From the sequence record SRR2962707_1591: 38,723 nucleotides of DNA, one strand, 5' to 3'. Below the pieces are notes generated by a model. It saw only the letters and a list, made by a program, of their open reading frames with translations. It was not told where the DNA came from and did no database searches. Shown in pieces: positions 37,397-38,723 of the stretch. The translations under genes and the position numbers were made by a program. Positions within the stretch are counted from its first letter, which is position 1. Each line of letters opens with the position of its first letter.

Positions 37397-37490
37397 TCTC
37401 CATTGGCGGTCTTAGGCGTCGACCCGGACGCACACCCCTAGGCGGTCAGTGGAGACCGGGGGGGCCGTAACAGGCTCCCCCGGACTCTTT
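37397..37490 (+). ncRNA. Candidate structured RNA (sRNA or structured 3' UTR)
   Basis: Long imperfect stem 37397-37416 with 37437-37455, capped by a CGTC/GACG hairpin and followed by a second hairpin. G:U pairs favour the + strand. I recognise no family. Confidence 0.4.
37456..37490 (+). terminator. Terminator-like hairpin between convergent genes
   Basis: CCGGGGGGGCC-GTAACA-GGCTCCCCCGG (11 bp, one G:U) then ACTCTTT; the U-tract is weak. Confidence 0.65.
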
Positions 37491-37492
37491 AT

Positions 37493-38266
37493 CTACTCGT
37501 CCTCCCGGCCTTCCTCGCGGCGGCGGTCCGCCAGCGCGTCCGACAGGGCGGAGGCAAAGATGCCGGCGGGCATCGCAATCAGGCAAATGCCCATCAGTGC
37601 GGTCACTGCCGCAAAGACGCGGCCCAGCACCGTCACCGGATAGACGTCGCCATAGCCGACCGTCGTCAGCGTCGCGATCGACCACCACATGGCGCGCGGA
37701 ATGCTGCCGAAGGCTTCCGGCTGAATGCCGCCCTCGATCAGGTAGAGCATGGTCGAGGAAATCACCACCAGCATCATGGCAAGGCCGAAGGCCAGCACGA
37801 GTTCGCTGGCGCGGCGGCTCAGCGCCCGCGTGACGAGCGCCATGGAGCGCGAGAAGCGGCCGAGCCTTGCCAGTTGCAGAATGCGCATCAGCCGAACGAG
37901 GCGGAGCAGGAAAGCTTCGCTGCCGACCGCGAAAAGAAGCGTGGGTGCCAGCACCGCAAGGTCGATCAGCGCGGGCGCGCTCACCGCGTAGCGCAACCGG
38001 CCGCGCCAGCCGCCTGCATAGGCCGGGTTCTCCACGCAGACCCAGAGCCGCAACGCATACTCGGCGAGAAAGAACGCGATGACGAAATTGTCCGCCACGT
38101 CCCACCAGAGTTCGTAGCCCCGCGTCAGCGTGTCTTCCGTTCCCGCCAGCGCCATGACGACGGAGACGAGGATCACCGACATGATGATCTTGTTGGTTAC
38201 GCTGAAGCCCGGCTGCTTGCGCGCGCCGGGGTCCAGTTCCAGATAGAGCCGGTGCCTGATTGTCAT
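37493..38266 (-). CDS. Voltage-gated potassium channel (6TM, KvAP-like)
   Basis: S4 LLRLVRLMRILQLARLGR, pore helix AMWWSIAT, selectivity filter TTVGYGD. Confidence 0.95.
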   Translation of the reverse strand: MTIRHRLYLELDPGARKQPGFSVTNKIIMSVILVSVVMALAGTEDTLTRGYELWWDVADNFVIAFFLAEYALRLWVCVENPAYAGGWRGRLRYAVSAPALIDLAVLAPTLLFAVGSEAFLLRLVRLMRILQLARLGRFSRSMALVTRALSRRASELVLAFGLAMMLVVISSTMLYLIEGGIQPEAFGSIPRAMWWSIATLTTVGYGDVYPVTVLGRVFAAVTALMGICLIAMPAGIFASALSDALADRRREEGREDE

Positions 38267-38364
38267 TGCCGCCCCGCCAGAGAATCCCCGGGGGCAGCAT
38301 ACATGGGCCGCACGAAACGTGCAGGGCCCGCGCGAATGCGGGGCGCCGCTTTCGCCGATCTAGG

Positions 38365-38523
38365 TTAAGGCGCGGAGGCGCCGCCGCGTTCCATCAGCGC
38401 GCGGACCTCGGCGGCCTTGACGCCGTCGCGCGCCATCACCAGCCGGATCAACGGATCGGCGAGCATCTCGTTCAGCGTCATCTCACGGATGAGCTTGTGC
38501 CTGGCGAAGGTTGAGAACGGCAT
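38365..38523 (-). CDS. Small hypothetical protein (52 aa)
   Basis: Absent from the ORF track. Hand translation gives MPFSTFARHKLIREMTLNEMLADPLIRLVMARDGVKAAEVRALMERGGASAP*, with GAGG 7 nt upstream and GC-rich third positions. Confidence 0.75.
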   Translation of the reverse strand: MPFSTFARHKLIREMTLNEMLADPLIRLVMARDGVKAAEVRALMERGGASAP

Positions 38524-38595
38524 GGCAGCACCTCGCTTTGCGTGTACCGGGCGGGGCCATGAGCGGGCGGCCTCAACCCCGTTTGCTTGATCTAG

Positions 38596-38612
38596 TTAAG
38601 AGTGACTCGCAA
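38596..38612. promoter_or_regulatory. Fur-alpha-box-like inverted repeat
   Basis: TTAAGAGT-G-ACTCGCAA (8-1-8, 6 of 8 symmetric), about 73 nt upstream of the 52-aa ORF. Confidence 0.5.
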
Positions 38613-38695
38613 ATGGGGCGGGAGTGAGGCAGATTCAAGGGGGAAAGGGCGGGGAGGGCGGGATTGGGGCGTTTCGGGTTTCTCTATCCCAATAT

Positions 38696-38723
38696 CGTCA
38701 TGGCCCGATTTATTCGGGCCATC
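38696..38723 (+). repeat. Start of an alphaproteobacterial REP-like palindromic element, cut by the window end
   Basis: CGTCATGGCCCGA-TTTAT-TCGGGCCATC with a 9-bp perfect stem; resembles the GTCATGGCCGGG...CCGGCCATC intergenic repeats. Confidence 0.65.

Noticed and set aside
37347-37492. tmRNA, 6S, SRP RNA or a riboswitch
   Set aside because: No tag reading frame or tRNA-like ends, no symmetric central bubble, no SRP CAGG/GGAA/AGCAG motif, and no downstream gene on the same strand to regulate.

Overview
GC-rich alphaproteobacterial chromosome segment. The gene content resembles Parvibaculum-type surfactant and lipid degraders, which is an inference only. The window opens inside the 3' end of a tRNA (Val-like), followed by an RND pump (MFP plus permease). 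A catabolic and detoxification region runs from about 4.5 to 22 kb. It holds an outer-membrane barrel, a LolA-like protein, a radical SAM enzyme, TauD, three GST-fold proteins, a VOC protein, a thiolase-like/DUF35 pair, a nitroreductase, a membrane-anchored sulfatase, an acyl-CoA dehydrogenase, an MFS transporter and a hydrolase. It also contains a deletion scar that fuses remnants of an MMPL/RND gene and a DUF1329 gene. Next come a CHASE3/HisKA_2 kinase with a single-domain response regulator and a housekeeping block (rpmJ, HAD, TPR protein, pyk, glycerate kinase, N-formylglutamate amidohydrolase, DUF1244, gapR/DUF2312). The right end is the most interesting part. It has two tandem paralogous regulators (PAS-like/LuxR HTH/alpha-beta hydrolase), one lacking the catalytic serine, followed by a lipoprotein gene flanked by structured RNA. 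It ends with a KvAP-like K+ channel, an unlisted 52-aa ORF behind a Fur-like box, and the start of a REP-like repeat. DnaA-box-like repeats lie upstream of gapR. No integrase, transposase or CRISPR array was seen.
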